A DNA stretch of 64,000 nucleotides, taken from the NCBI GenBank assembly GCA_973895155.1, contig OZ316894.1, positions 3,868,944-3,932,943 on the forward strand. The letters are read 5' to 3'. Origin of the DNA: Marsupella aquatica (Eukaryota > Plantae > Marchantiophyta). This document shows, in pieces, positions 1-14,601 of the stretch. Numbering within the stretch: the stretch's first letter is position 1; every line of letters begins with the position of its first letter. The notes below the pieces were generated by a model that saw only the letters and a program-made list of their open reading frames with translations, searched no databases and was not told where the DNA came from. A program made the position numbers and the translations under genes.

Positions 1-3000
1 CCTAATAGCCACAAGAGCCACCGCCACCACCTTAGCTGCAATGTAATTTAATGATATATACTCGCTGTGGCCCCCTTTCAATTGTAGTAGTATTAGTAGA
101 AAAATACGACAAAGATCCGGCGGGGTCTTCAGCGCCCACGTGTAATATTCTGTAATAGATAAGGTGAAGCTTGCCGTTCCCCTTGACCTGAAGTGCCTGG
201 AGAGGAACAAGCACATCGTCCTGTAGCTGTCTGGAACAAAAGGTTGCTTCATTAAAATCTTCCATGCGTTGCAGCTCAGCTGCCGGATCTCAACTAGAAT
301 TTCCATGATGTCATAATTATACCACAGGTGATGATGCGTTAGTATACAGTTAATGCAAAAGATATTTGCAAGAATCACCTTCGAACCCACCGCACTCGCA
401 CGGTGGAACCCGCTAAGATTGGTGCCATCGCCTCAAGTCGGTATTTCTTATGTTGACCTCGTCCAATCCTACTCAATAGCCTTAGTGAATCATGTTGCCT
501 CCCCTTGAATCATCTAATTACCAGATCTAAATAAATCAAATGCGTGGTTCATCTGATGCCCCCGCTCATGCACCGAAAAACTATTTGAAGACGCTGCTGC
601 ATATTCTTGCAAACGAACACGACACACTAATTGTTTGGCAAGTGATGAGAGAGTTGAATTGCCGGAAACTGTTTCTTTCTCATCAGCAAAATGAGAAATC
701 TAAGCCCGGATGGACCCAAAAGTAGACGTTGGGTCTGAGGCTTGGATAGACTGATCGACCAAACCCTTTACAGTTAGCTAGGTCACTAAATCGACAGGCA
801 ACTCCGTTATGTTCGCTTATCCCGGCAGCCAGTGTCGCATAATATTGGGTGACAGCAAGTATAGACTACTTGTTGTCGTGCCCAAGTGTGGCTTCCACAG
901 CACATCATCATATTTGGTGTCATTTTCTGTGATGTACGCGTCCTTGCGTTTTCTTTGTCTCTCTTTGTTTTAATTATCTTCAAGATGATTACCCCCGAGA
1001 TCGCACAACAAGGCCACTTGATGTGACTTCTCTCCTTTGAATGCCTTCGAGCTTAAATTCGTCGCCATCAAGTACTCTTCGGCATGTGTTATTGCAGACG
1101 TGAGTGCGGGCGTGAGTGCTCTGTCACGTCAGGGTAGGGCTCGGGCTTGTGCTTCAATTCAAAGAGAGCTTGTCACAAAATCAGTGGCCTTAAGTCATGT
1201 ACTTTAGATCAATCAGTGACAATCCTCCCAACATCATCGTTCAGTAAGCTCATTGACATCATTAAGCAGGAAGGATGACTCTGGGAGTGTGCCTCCATCC
1301 TCGGTGACCTCAAAATTTCTAGACACGCTTCCAAAATTGGAATGGACTTGAGTCTCGTTACTTTACACTTCCTTCTGCTCCCAATTTAGATTCTCCCGGG
1401 ACCAGAGAGCACTGTCTTGAAACAGTTCCAATTGAAATGAACGGCTCAAAAGCTTTAGTGACAAATAATTTTGATCTGGCCAGGCCGTTCTTCAATTCTT
1501 TCAGTCACACCTTTCTCCACACAATTGAGATTTTGGGCGAGCTGAAGAATTGACTTATTTAATTTGGAAAAATTCAATGAGTGATTAGAGAATATTCTGG
1601 CTGGGTGACACTTCATCGATTCTTGAATGTCGACATTGGATCCCCGAAATTGACACAAGTTGGGTATATAATTTCTTTTCATAATTTGTTTTGCAACCCT
1701 TTCTTTCAGTCTGCCCACTAGCCATCAATTCCATTAATGAAATAAGGTGGCCACTCCTAGGGTTGACCCTTGTTGGTTTCTCTTACATGTGCGATGGCCC
1801 CCATTGAATCTCTTCCAAAAGAAATATATACCAACCATTCATATATTGACAGATGGTGGATGAATCATGGGATGACAGAGAGCATTTTTGAATGGCTGCC
1901 TCCTTGGTTACCCCTTCCTGGCTGCATCTAAATATCTCCAAGAATTAAAGGAACCACCCTTTACTTTGTTCTCACACCATGTTGGAAGATTTGGAAGCTC
2001 CAAAACCAGTCTGCTAATGCAAATTTCGATTGTAATCAGAACCATCTTCTAGGGCCATATAATAAAATGTAGATCCCTCCCCAGTACATAAGAGTCTTGT
2101 AACCTAGCTAGGAACGGTAGAGAAATAGTGAAGTAATTGTCCACACTGAGCCACAGCCAACTAGATGAGAGAGAATTGCTATTTGAGCAAATTGGGGAAG
2201 AGTAAATTCAGATACGTACCTCCTTTCCTGCCTCGTAGCCAGCTACACGTTATCCCGACTGTAATTTGTGGTAAATAATATTAATTGTTGCATAACACTA
2301 TTTCCAGTGAAACAATGTAGTTGATTCCTCTAGCGAGAACAGAAAACAATACATTGTCGTAAGGATACACCGTAAAGCTAGTACTAAGATTTGATCTCCA
2401 TATTTATTCAGCTTCCTTGAAAAGGTAGAAAGAAGAATGTAGCAAAAGGTTGGAAGTCACACTGGAAGGGTTCACATCCAAAAATATTGACATCAAGTGA
2501 GAACGAAGGAATAGAGGGTCTGGTGTGCCATTCTAAAAGTGTTACATTGTTATCACATGATTCATTGTTTGTCATATATCAACAATCGATTAGTGGTTTT
2601 TTTTAGCTTCTTCTTTGTTTGAAAGGGTGTGGTTTAATAAAGGGCACTCACACAGGGTATACAAATATTTCAGAAGGTAAATCCCAAAAGGAAAGGCCAA
2701 AGCAACATCAAGATGCCAAGCAACATCAAGATGCCAAGCAACATGTGTAGTTAGATCAAGGGGGAGTAACACTTAGCCCATCGCTTGATAAAACTCTCTG
2801 CAAGATGTGTGCTGCCTGGCATGTGTCTAAGATTACTTGTGTGCCCGCATATGTCTAAGATTAAGTCTCAGCCATTCCTTGAGGTAGTCAGGGTTTTTAC
2901 GCACAGTCCATTTTTGTTCTACACACACTCTGTTTTGTGACTCTGTCCTTCCTTTTTCAGTGAAATCAAAGCGCCCCTACAAGGATGCCAGACCGTGCCA

Positions 3001-4520
3001 CACTTGTCTCAACACTCAGCTAGTACTTTCATAGCCCATATGCGTGCAAGAGTAGGGTGGCATCATACAACATGGACGCTTGAACGTCAGAAGTTTAATC
3101 TATCACACTTGGATCAAAGTTAATAGACATTCAAGGACTTCAAATTATGAAAGTTTTTGTGCTACATGTGAAATCGACCCTACTCCTTGTACCACCCCTT
3201 CCAAGTAAGTGGCTTAAATGGTCTCACGTGATATGCGAGTAATTAGAAATGGGGCCCCGAGTTCCTTGCCTAACCCTGACGACGTTCTTGGCTTACAGCA
3301 GATTGCAATATTCAGGTATCAACGCTAGCATGCACATACTTCGTATATTCACGAACATTAATTGGTAGGAAGCTTACGATGAGCACATCTTGAAGCTCCA
3401 ACATATGGCTGACACGCTCAATAGACACCAAAATTTAAAAGCCCCCAGTACGTCTGACGTCTGTAGGTGATAACCACCAATTCAAAGAAAACAACTATGC
3501 TTGCAGCTTGCAAGCTACATTACACAGATTTAAAGCTCTAATAACTTCCTTTGATATACAGTTATATAAACAATGCTTTAACTTCTAGCAGTTTCGGAAC
3601 CTCATATGTTACGTACTCCAACTCGATGTACATTTGAAAACTTTATTCGCGGGACAAATTATTACTGACCCATTACGCATGACTTGTACAGTTGATCGCA
3701 AACTCTGATCATTGCAGCCTTGTGTGGTACAATCAGGTTGATGGATTTACAGCAATGCCTACGAAGAGCGATAGAGTTGACAGGATCCAGAAGCAGATCA
3801 TGACTCTTCCATTTGCCAACTAGATCGAATAATTCATATCTATATTATTGGTGGAGCTCCACTAGCTCGTGGTCAACTCAGACCAGCGCGAAGGAATTGT
3901 CGATGTTTGGCCACTGACCTACTGGACCTGGATGGAATGTGTCATTCCTCCAATGCCAAGCCGTCAGTCAGATGTAGAGAAACTCCTGGAACTGAATCAG
4001 ATGTCCCAGGAATGCCGATCTTTCCATTCGTTGGCATCGTGAATGCTTTTCAACAATAAACGTACTTGAGAGATTGCAATTCCCGTCTTGGGGGTGGGGG
4101 GGTATTGTTTAGGGTCGACGGACTGTGGTTCTTGCAGGAAATGACTTGTCTGGTTTCTACAATTCCCGTACTTTCTGGCTGATTTCGAGGCATAGCTTAT
4201 TACTCGCGTCTTGTCTTTACAGTGTAAACCTTGAACTGTTCCTGAGATTTGTCATCTCCCCTGAGCATAAGTACTCCAGGGAGTAAGTCCCTTAGAGTAA
4301 GCGCAGATAATTCCTTCAAATTTGCTTTAACCAAAAACGAAATTCCAACACCAGTCTAGCTTTCAATTGGCTTGCCTGGTCCGTTTCAAGAAGCTATTGC
4401 ACCTTGAATGCAGCTGACTGACAATATTAACAAACAAATCTTGATATGTATACGATTTGGAGATTTCATCCAACTCACGCCTGTTGTCCTCGATCGAGGG
4501 AGACTCAACGCAGGAAGACC

Positions 4521-7500
4521 TCAAAGCATATCAATGTAGGACAGGGCCCGGGAGACCTTTTTGTTCTTGCCGCCGGAGCCTATTTTCCCAACAGCGGGAG
4601 AATTGGAGACTTGTTTCAAGCTTGTACGCGGGGAGGCTGACCTTTCAATTTTTTCAGATTTCGCCTTTGCACGATGACCTTGGATCACTGTAGAACGATT
4701 GCCCTTTGAGTTCGCTGTAGACGAAGCGCTATCAAGGCTAACTTCCCGAGCAAGTTTGTTCTGACTTTGAATGCGAGAAATTTCGCCCAGGTCATTTCCA
4801 GAGTTTGCTCTGGAAATTGAACTGTCACTGCTTCCGTCCCGCTCCAGGAGGCGTAGCACCTGCAAATGTTGCACAACAACAACACAAAAACCATCAAAAT
4901 TGTTCACTAATTTCAACAAACGTACACATGTCCGAGATAAAACGAGCTTGCTTCTTTACCTCGCTCATCCGCGGGCGCTGATCTGGATCTTTGCTGATGC
5001 AAAGTCCAGCTGCTTTAACCATCCTGTCAACTTGCTCGACATCGTAGTCTTTGAGACGGGGATCTACGATGTCCACAGTCTTACCGGCATGGATCATTGG
5101 CCGTGCCTGTCATTCAATAACAATAACAATTTAAGGAATGTGGAACATTCACCTTGCTTTGCAGCTCAGCTTCTAATTAGTATACTTCTGGGTTTAGTAT
5201 ACGTTTGCTTCAATCTGGGAAACTAACTCTCTACGCGCATCAGTAAGTGAAAGCGTACCCATTCTGTCAGGCACGTCTCTCCTCTTGCTCTTGTGGCGTC
5301 AATTGCCTTCCGTCCGGTGATAAGCTCTAGTAGAACGACACCGAAGGAATAGACATCAGCTTTCGCCGTGATGCTCCCGGTCTCTGCATATTCCGGAGCC
5401 AAGTAGCTGCATATCCAAAATGCTTCAATATTCAAACCGTGAAGCTTTAAATTGATGAAACTACAGCCCTAGATCTCAGCGTGCGAAACACTAGGCAGGA
5501 GTGTAGGGAAGATGTCAAGGACACCCTTGGTACTGTCAGCTGACAGAGTTGAAACGCAGTACATTAAGGGCGTAAGAGTTGTTTTAAAACCAATTAAACA
5601 TCACGCGGATCACTTAATTAAAGTGCTGAAATGGGCTAATGCATTCCTCACCCAAGCGTGCCGATGACTCGTGTTTCCTCAGCTTCAGCACCACTTAGTT
5701 GGCTTCTAGCCAGTCCGAAATCTCCCACCTGTAAATTAGCATTCATTTTTACAATTCTTCTAAGCCGCCGAGAGTTCACAAGATAATGGATTGAACCGGC
5801 TGCCCAGAAAAGACATCACACACTGGCAGAAACGATGGAGGATCCACGGCCATTTTTGTGAAACGCTATTGACACAATGAACAGGAACGGACGGATCTGA
5901 AGGACTCCGACTGCTTCTCATTACAAATCTGGGTTTCTAGTGAATCAACCTCTTACTTACGAGCCATTCATCTGTGAGCCTACTGTGCTCAAGTCAAGCC
6001 AAATTAAGTGAAATGAGAGAGATTAAAGTACGTGAATGAACGGGTAAGAAAGTGGTACCATGGGAACAAAATCATGCGTAAGTAGAATATTATTCGGTCG
6101 CATATCACGGTGCACAATGCAACCGACACGACACTCTTCGTGCAAGTATCTTAACCCCCGTGCCGCTCCAACAGCAATCGTCCACCTCCACTTCCATTGC
6201 AAGACGTTGACGTTTTTCGCTGCCACAGCCGAATTACAATCAGTGGGAGCTTAACTATTCTTGGTGGCAGCTCCTGAACTGTGTTCCAGTCCCGTACGTA
6301 TACTACTCCGCCAACGAACCATTTGTGATCCCACTTATTTCCCATTTTAGGATCTTGATTGATCATAGCTACATAACTGGGAAACCGTTTTGGGTATTTG
6401 AAACAGTCGTTACACTAACGAAAATTTAATGAATCGAACCCAACGAGTACACAGATCTTGGCATCCGTAGCGACCTTGTCAAGTTATTACTTTGAACTAC
6501 AATTGAGAGTATTAGTCACATCGGACGGTCTCATACTTAAACAGTCCGATGTGACGAAAGGGATTGAAGTAAATAAATTAATGATCAAACAAATTCTATC
6601 AGGTAACACGGATCACACCATGCATTTACTGCACAACGTAACATTGCAACAAAATGGCATCGGGAATGGCATTCTTCAAAATCATTGCTTGACTTCACAA
6701 TTCGTAAACGAGAGGAAACTGCTCGTACCTGAGAGGTGCACATCCAGAGACTTGTTGCAGACGAACTCGTAGACCAGCAAGCGCCTATCGTTTTCAGCGC
6801 AGTACCCGATGAGAATCACAAGATTTCGATGCTGAGCATGTTTCAGAACTTGAACCTCTGCGTCAAACTCATCGTCACCCTGAGAGCTTGCGGCCTTATA
6901 TTGCTTAACGGCGATTTCTTGGCCTCCTTCGAGTTTCCCCCGATACACGAACCCGTACCCACCTTCAGCTATGTAATTCTCCTGGTCAAAGTTATCGGTA
7001 GCTGCTTCCAGCTCAGCGTAGGTGAATTCTTTAGCGTCACAGCCAAATTTCGGACCCGGTTTTCTACAAACTGAACAGAGAGGAGCAATTGGCCGAGGGG
7101 TCTTCCTCTTGCCATGGTGAGAATTATCTAGTAAACGTCGATTGTCCTCATTTTGGCTCGCGACCTTGTTCACCCGTCCGATCGGATTGTTACTGAGATT
7201 TGGAGCCTGTGAGATGAGATCCTCTTCTTGGAGAGATCGCTGGAGGGTCCTCACGGATCTCGGAGTTGCAGAAGGTGTACTTGGAATGTAGTTCAGAATA
7301 TTTATCAGCTCATCACCGCCTCTGTCACCGAAGCTTCGTGGAGCAGGGCGATACAAAGTTGCAACCGAGGTGGTCTTTGGCACCAGCGATTGCAAGTCTC
7401 CGGTTGACATTGAAGGTCGGCCTGTAATTTTGTAGATATCATCCGTGGATGAAGTGCCAATAGAGCCAACCTTCACGGTGGGATTCAAAGTATCATCTTT

Positions 7501-10500
7501 AAACTCTGAACAAACCTTGTCCAATTCAGAGGATATCCCAGGTCCCGATTCACTCTGACGATCCCTATCTGAATCATTTGTCATTTCATCTCTTTTAGAA
7601 CCTGTTGAAGAGATGCCTTTTGCAGAAGAAATATCGGGATCTGAAAATTGTTCAGAGGCGACATCGAGCTCTAAAACTTCTGCCAGCGAAGGTGAGAAAC
7701 TTATGCAGGACAGATCTGTCCTGGCAGAATGCCCTTCAAGATGAATTTGTTCAGCGGTTTGAGCTGAGATATTCGTTTTGGAAAGCTGTTCAAGTAAGGA
7801 GGTGGAGGAGCTACATGGAGCAGAAGATGATATGCTGATTTGACTAAAACTTTTGGACACCTCTTTGTCAACAGTCTTAGCAATCATTATCTGAGCGTTA
7901 TCGCATGTTTGTTGGTAGTCACCCGCTGGACCCGCGCCACAATTTTGCTCCCGCGGAATTGAGTGCAGTACCGGTATATTCTTGGTATCCATCAGTACGA
8001 TATAGCAGTTGACCAATTGCTCCACAAGATAACTCTTGTCGTTTTTCAAATGCCTGCAAGAATCACATTAGAGCGGGGTTTCAACATGTAAAAACTTTTG
8101 TTATTTTTCTCTTTCTATTTTTCAGTGCATTAATTTCCTATACGCCCTCCCTTGACTATTATGCGAAGTATCACAAAAATAGGAAAAGTAAAACACAAAT
8201 ATAGTGTTGCCACATAAAATAACATAATACCTTGTATCAAAATCATGACATTTGTTTTTAACTTCTTTTTATGTCTTTGGCCAATTACAGGCCCTTTTGC
8301 TTAGATTTTCTATTCAAAGATTCATTTTTTCTTGTTTGCGAAAAATCATTCAAATTTTTATGCACATGAATGTACTAGTTACAGGCATTATGACCCTCAA
8401 AACTTGGGGTGCTGCCCTAGTTTTTCAGGGCATTATATCTCATAATGTCTTCTAACCAAGACATTATTCATAATCTTGTCAGTGTAACCAAACCTTTGAA
8501 CTTGTATTGTCACTCAGGGCATGAGTTAGTCAGGAAAGGCATCGGGGCAACGCCCCCAGCACCTAGTGCATGTGTAAGGTACATGCATACCAACAATTCC
8601 CACCTACATCCCAGTGGCAAGCCTAGTGAGATCTCTCGATCTTGATTCTAATTAGAGCGAGGTCTAACACAATTTTTAATGAACCAAATCTCAAAAAATA
8701 ATACAAGGTTACGCATTGTTAAAAAATGTTGTTTATTTATTTATATATCATATCTATCCATACACTCGATTTTAAATAAATGTTTACCCAAGTGTCCCTT
8801 TAGCCTCGGGCACCTGATGCTTGAGATAAAAAGACATCTCTTTCAAACCTCGACATTTTTTTTACGTTGACATTTTATCTTTTTATTATTTTGTCATTTT
8901 TTTGTCTTCTTTCTCACAACTACATTTTTCTCTCACTCTCTATATCTTTTCTCCTTTAAGTCTTTTACTCACGTTGTCATTTTTTCTTTCCTCAACATCT
9001 TACTCTCATTTGTTTCTTTTTCCATCTCATATCATCAGGGATGCCGAGCATTGTGTAAGACGATCCAGAAACTTACTTGTCTAGGAAAACCCATTTTGCT
9101 CCAAGCTCCACTGCTTGCCTTGCTGTCACCACTTTCCTGTCGGGCCCGGGGGCTATATGGACCAAAGGACTGATCTGCAGCGTTCACGTGCAAGATCCAA
9201 CGTGCAAGATCCAATGTTCAGGAAAATATTTTCTTCCTGCTGCATTGGGTGGCCAGAGAGCTGGCCATCATTCTTGACAAACAAGTGAATCACTTTTCCC
9301 TCCGTTTACAAATCTGAATCTGGAATTGTCCTCACAGTCTATTGAGATATATCCAAATCGTAAATAGGAGTTCGCGAAAGAGTTGTTTGGTGGGCTACCA
9401 TGAATCTCTTGTACATGACACACCCAGCAACTCCTGGGTCCCCTCTTCATCGACAAGTCTTATTGAAATCTAATGAACTCCTCTTATGTGACTCACCTGT
9501 GTCGAGGCAAAGAGCTTCTGAAGCTCGGGATCACTCTGAATGCCCTTTTCGAACTCGGCCACCTTCTTGCGTTGCTCCTCCACTATAACATGGTAAGTGG
9601 TCCCGTTGAATTGGGCACCTGCGTCGGCCTTTTGCTTGTATCCCACTGCAGGGTGCACAGACACAGACCATCACGACAGACCAAGCACTCTCCTAGCTTA
9701 GGAATCCCACCATGTCGGCAGCAGGAACACGATTTCAAAGAAACACTTCACATGCATCTTTGTCATGAATTCCACTTTTGATAAGAGGGACCGATCTCCC
9801 CTACCAAACTCTGTGAATCATGTCGAAAGTTCTATATATATTTAGTCATGTAATTAGGCAACCGGCCAGATCTCATATACTTCAGTCACATGTGACATTC
9901 TTTTGCTGCTGCCCCATGAAGGCAGCTAGAATTAGTGCAGGCCTTCGCAGTAGCTACAGTTTGCAAGGCGTAAACGTAGTACGCTCAGCCCACGCCCAGC
10001 TTTGGACTCTAACGTTGTCCTGGACCGGCAGGCTTCGGATTCGGCAGGCTTCGGATCTGGCAGAGTTTTTGCCAGAAGGTCATGATGGGCTAGGCATCTT
10101 TGTCGTTGTAATCTCCCCAGAAGTGTAGATGGGACAGAATCTACACGACTTGGCTTCGCTTCTTCTATATCGATCGGCCGTCCACTACAGTACTAGACAT
10201 TTTTGTTGCTTATCTGGAGGCTGCACACGGACTCCTAACCGGGAAGCAGAAACCGAAGCGACAGGTCTTCTGCCATATGGAGCAACAGGAAAGCAACAGC
10301 GTCATCATTCCTCGAGTTCTCCGGTAAGAGGAGATATAGACGGCGATCTTTTGTCGACTTACGAAGACGTCAAATGCAAAACAAAGAGAAAAGACCGCAA
10401 AGTATCTAGTGGGCCCAAAGACAAAATGGCTCGGGCCCACACCACGCCATGCAATAATTACATCATTCTACTCTCCCGGAATCTCAGCCGGTGTTTGTGA

Positions 10501-12251
10501 TGGAATCCCCATTCTGCTACCACTGGTCAACCAAGAATTAGCTGTCCTGCATGCTTGAAAGTTGATCCATGCTAACCTGGTTTTGATCGTGTCTCCTGCT
10601 ACAGTAGTCCTTGAGGATTGGGGAGCATCACACAGTCTAAGAAAATCGATGTAGCTGATTCACACTACGTAGGAGTCCTCCCGGGCTTCCAACCGAAAAT
10701 CAACTTGCAGATAAAACTGAGATCTCTCTGCTGAAACTGAGGTCCCTCTGCTGAACCGTCTAACGAAGGAAACGTCCGCCCTAGCCAAATCATAAAAATT
10801 GGATCCCATGATCACCCATCAAACTCCTTTTACACAAACGGCAATGCCATCCTTCCTAAGTCCTGCAGGTTTCTGTTCGTTGCTTTGCTGAGGTGCTGGT
10901 ATAAGTCGCTGGCTCGAGCTCCAGTTACACAAAGATTCAACCGGAGAACATAATATCCAGTTTCAAGAAGGACGAGTCTATCCACATGCGTTCTTCGGCT
11001 AGCAAAATACTGAGTACTGATAGGCAACATGGTAATTATGATTTAAATCTCGACCCGGAATGTATGATTAGAATTGACCGCTGCAACGAAGGTCCATGTA
11101 ATGATGATAATCGGGCTGCCTGTCAGAGGGTCACAAGTACAGTCTAACCTTTGCGTAGATTGTTCAACTGGGAGGTTGATCACCGGTTCTAACAGTACCA
11201 AGAGAACAGTAGATCAACTTAGAAGCTGATAGACATAGACATTAATTGGTAGTACGATTTAGGCACAGACGAGGGCCCGACAGCAATTCGTATGCACTGG
11301 TCATGCGTAGGCACAGTGACAGATTTTAGCTACCGAGAAATGTCGATATGGCTACTGGCAGCTTGTTGTGTAACTTCTGAAGCAGGTAAGGACTAGTTCA
11401 CGCGTAGAAATGTAATCTTATGATCCCTTCAATGCAAATACAACCCTCGAGCTAATATACTGCCCAAATCCTACATATTGGAGAGTTTCGTTCTAAATAC
11501 AAGGCTAGAATCGACTCAATCTCATCTCCTGTGAAGACCCTCACCGAAACTGGTAACTTTGATTTCATCCTTGAGATTCACACGTTGGTTAGTGGAAAAT
11601 TTTAAAATAACTACGGATTTTGCGTTCCTAAAATATTAGTAGGATGCCAATTAATAAAGGACAACCTATACCCAGTTCTTGAAAAGGCTCAATCTTAACA
11701 AGAGCAACGCACAATATATTCGAGAAAAATCCTGTCTAGGTTAACGCCGAAGTAGCTGAATCGTAGAAGAAACTTAGTTTTTACAAACCAGAACCTCGCG
11801 CGCCTCTCAAACAATCACATGCAAAAAGCCAGTAACCAAATTGAGTTGCAATAATTTCCTTACATATATTTTGAATCATGCTGGCGTGCATAGACTTTCT
11901 GGGAGGTGACGTACTAGGATTCATTACTTGATGGAGGATGCCCAGAATATGTAAATTGTCTCCGGGCTCGCAAATATGGAGAGCGGACTTCAAGGGTGCC
12001 AGCTGGAACTCTCTCGTCGCGTCCAAAACCACCACAATGACCTTCGGCTCGTACTTTGAAATTGCCATGCTCATCGTCTTGCCTGAATCTGTGCTTTGAG
12101 CTGAGTCCTGAGTTTCCATGATAAAGCTGTTGATGGAGGCTGTTGATTCAAGACGTAACGGCTCAGAGAACCTGTCTGTGTAGAAGGGTGGTCTACCCGG
12201 AGAAGGGCGGGGAGAGGGCCCCTTCTTGGGATGAGGAGGCGGGGAGTACAT
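4521..12251 (-). CDS. Multi-exon plant protein kinase: USP-like N-terminal region + receptor-like cytoplasmic kinase domain (SELMODRAFT_444075-like family)
   Basis: GT-AG exons in consistent phase: 12251-11915, 9645-9497, 9174-9077, 8053-6729, 6219-6059, 5728-5652, 5406-5259, 5106-4960, 4859-4521. Kinase motifs [58 protein letters not shown]. The N-terminus has VIVVVLDA...GILHQV and AKWVFLDK, typical of the USP-like domain of this family. Confidence 0.92.
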
Positions 12252-14412
12252 GGACTGTAAAGTCCCTGATGAATTTTGTTGTTTGGTCTCTATCCCTGCG
12301 GCCTGCTCTCGCCCGGATAACAGAAGAGGAGAGACAGCAGAACCAGACAGGCCGGCGACTTCACCAACCCCACTCTTGATCTGGAAGAATAAGCTAGCAT
12401 TACTTAGATGTACCCTGTTATTTCAGCGAAGGAGTGAGCTCTAGTTACACCTCACGACATAACATTTCTCATTGCGAGGCAGCTGCATATCTATTCAAGC
12501 AAGAGCAAGGACCGAATGAAGTAAGAAGCTAACTAACATCACAATCAAAACGAATGGAAAAGCTCATCCGGCAGCAAACGGTTGACACTGATCTCCACTC
12601 CAACTTAAGGTGATAATGACACAAATTTTTTGCTACCCAACACGGTGCTAAACAACACTCTAAACAGCCCGAGTTTGTCTCGCGGAAGGAGGTTACCAGG
12701 GTTGGGAGTCCGAAACGACTTTTGTTGCTACCCAAAGATCTCAACATCACTAATCCACAGAAATCCCGAAACTGAAATGACTTATGTACGTAGGTTTCGT
12801 CTGAGACTCTCACCACCTCAGCACTGTAGAAAGATAATGTACAAGAATTAGTGTTCACGAGAAGACATGATCAATGAAATTGCTAGACCACCACAACAAT
12901 TGCATGCGCGCTGGGTGATCTAATTGTTTGAACTGAGACTAAAGTCATGTTACCTTGAACATGTCTAGGGAGTATATGTACATGATGCAACCCTCAGTAG
13001 ATCGACAACACACGACGGGCCGGACTGGCGCTTCTCCGTACGTGGACCAAAGATTCTGAAACATAAGACGGCCAGCAACTTCATAGACTGTCTAGCTGTA
13101 CACAACACTTTCGGCTTTGCAACTGGGAGACTTGGATGTGTCTAGGAAAACGGAGACTGGTAGGGAGTAAGGAAATCTTTCACTTCCGTCAGATCGACAC
13201 GGGATTGTGCACGTAGGACCTAATTGGAGGACACACGGGCAACTACCGAGCTAACAATCTGGTCTGGATTCTGGAGATCGGTATGAGGCAACTGTACATG
13301 AAAGCTGATAGGATGACCAGAACCAGTTCTCAATCGCATGTGAGTAATGTGCAGCTTTCAAATTAATTAGACTTTCAATTTCAGCACAAGACATTGACGA
13401 GTCGATTGAGAAACAATGAGAAGGGTTGGACGAGGCTCGAGGACAGCTATCTGCAAAGGCAAAGCAACAAGGGATTGGGCCTGCAATAGGTAATACTAGG
13501 CTTAGTAGGAGAGAAGAAGGTGCGGGAAACCAGCTAGGCAGCTCAAAAGCTCAATAAACCCGATCCGAAGCTGACGACGTTGTAGCAATTTCAGCAACAA
13601 TTCCCCACGCGCGGCCGAAGAGTCGCTGGTTGGTCTGGAGGACAATGGGAGCACAAGCTGGCAACACCCTGAAACCGCATCTAGAGAATTATGCTAGGTA
13701 CTGATGGAGAATATGTGTAGGATGTTCAACTCTCCTCTCCTCTCGTCTCGTCTCGTCTCCCCCCCCCCCCCACCCAACCTTGCCTTGCCCCACCTCAACT
13801 TAGAAAAGAACAGTTTCGTCCTCATCTCGAGTGTCCGTATCTTGGGTTTATTCTAACATTGTTGCATTGCCTTGCTCGGCTTCGGCTTCCTTCCTGAATA
13901 CGTTCCTGCCCGCCTTTGTTCTTGCGTGGATTGCGGAACACCCGCTAGACTACAGACTTGATAATTTTTTAACTCGATCAATTTCCCTCACTTTGATTCG
14001 ATATAGACTCTATTGCAGTAGATTCGTTGGAGAGGTCAGACTGTGACTGTGGCGGTGCATGGATCAAAAGGGCTGCCTGCCAACTACTACAGTAGAAGTG
14101 CAATATGGTTTACGGCATTGCACCCTGCTCCCATTAGTGTACTTTTCTGGCTAGGTCTATTAGAGAAACTAGTCCCTACTACGGGTTATAAAAATGTCAC
14201 CAAAATATATTTAAAGTTAATAAAAATAATTATAAAAATCATCATGCATGTCATCATTTTCATAATTTTACATAACATACCATATTCTTTTTTGTACACC
14301 ATCCCTCTTTCTATGCACAAATCATCATTTTAATAATTATACATAACATACCAGTACAACATCATTCCATCTTTCTATGCACATGTCAAATGTTATGGTG
14401 GGGCCCTGGATA

Positions 14413-14601
14413 GGAGGTATTTGCTTGATGGACCCCAAAATGAAACTTGTTACTTGATCGACCCCCTCAGGTTTATCAACGGTCCAGATCTGAGATCGAA
14501 AGGTCCATCAACCATCCAGATTGGGGAAAAATATCAAGGGGGTTGATTAAGCAAACTTTTTCCAAAATTTTCCAAAAGGGGGTCTACTAAGCATATCTCG
14601 C
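14413..14601. mobile_element. Small MITE, Mutator-type by TSD length
   Basis: Imperfect inverted ends (ggaggtatttgcttgatggacccc / ggggtctactaagcatatctcgc) flanked by the 9-bp direct repeat CCCTGGATA at 14404-14412 and 14602-14610. Confidence 0.6.

Noticed and set aside
1300-2100. Possible LINE ORF1 relic on the minus strand (ELPNLP, YIPNLC fragments)
   Set aside because: Only two short, weak motifs among many stops, and no endonuclease or RT recognised.
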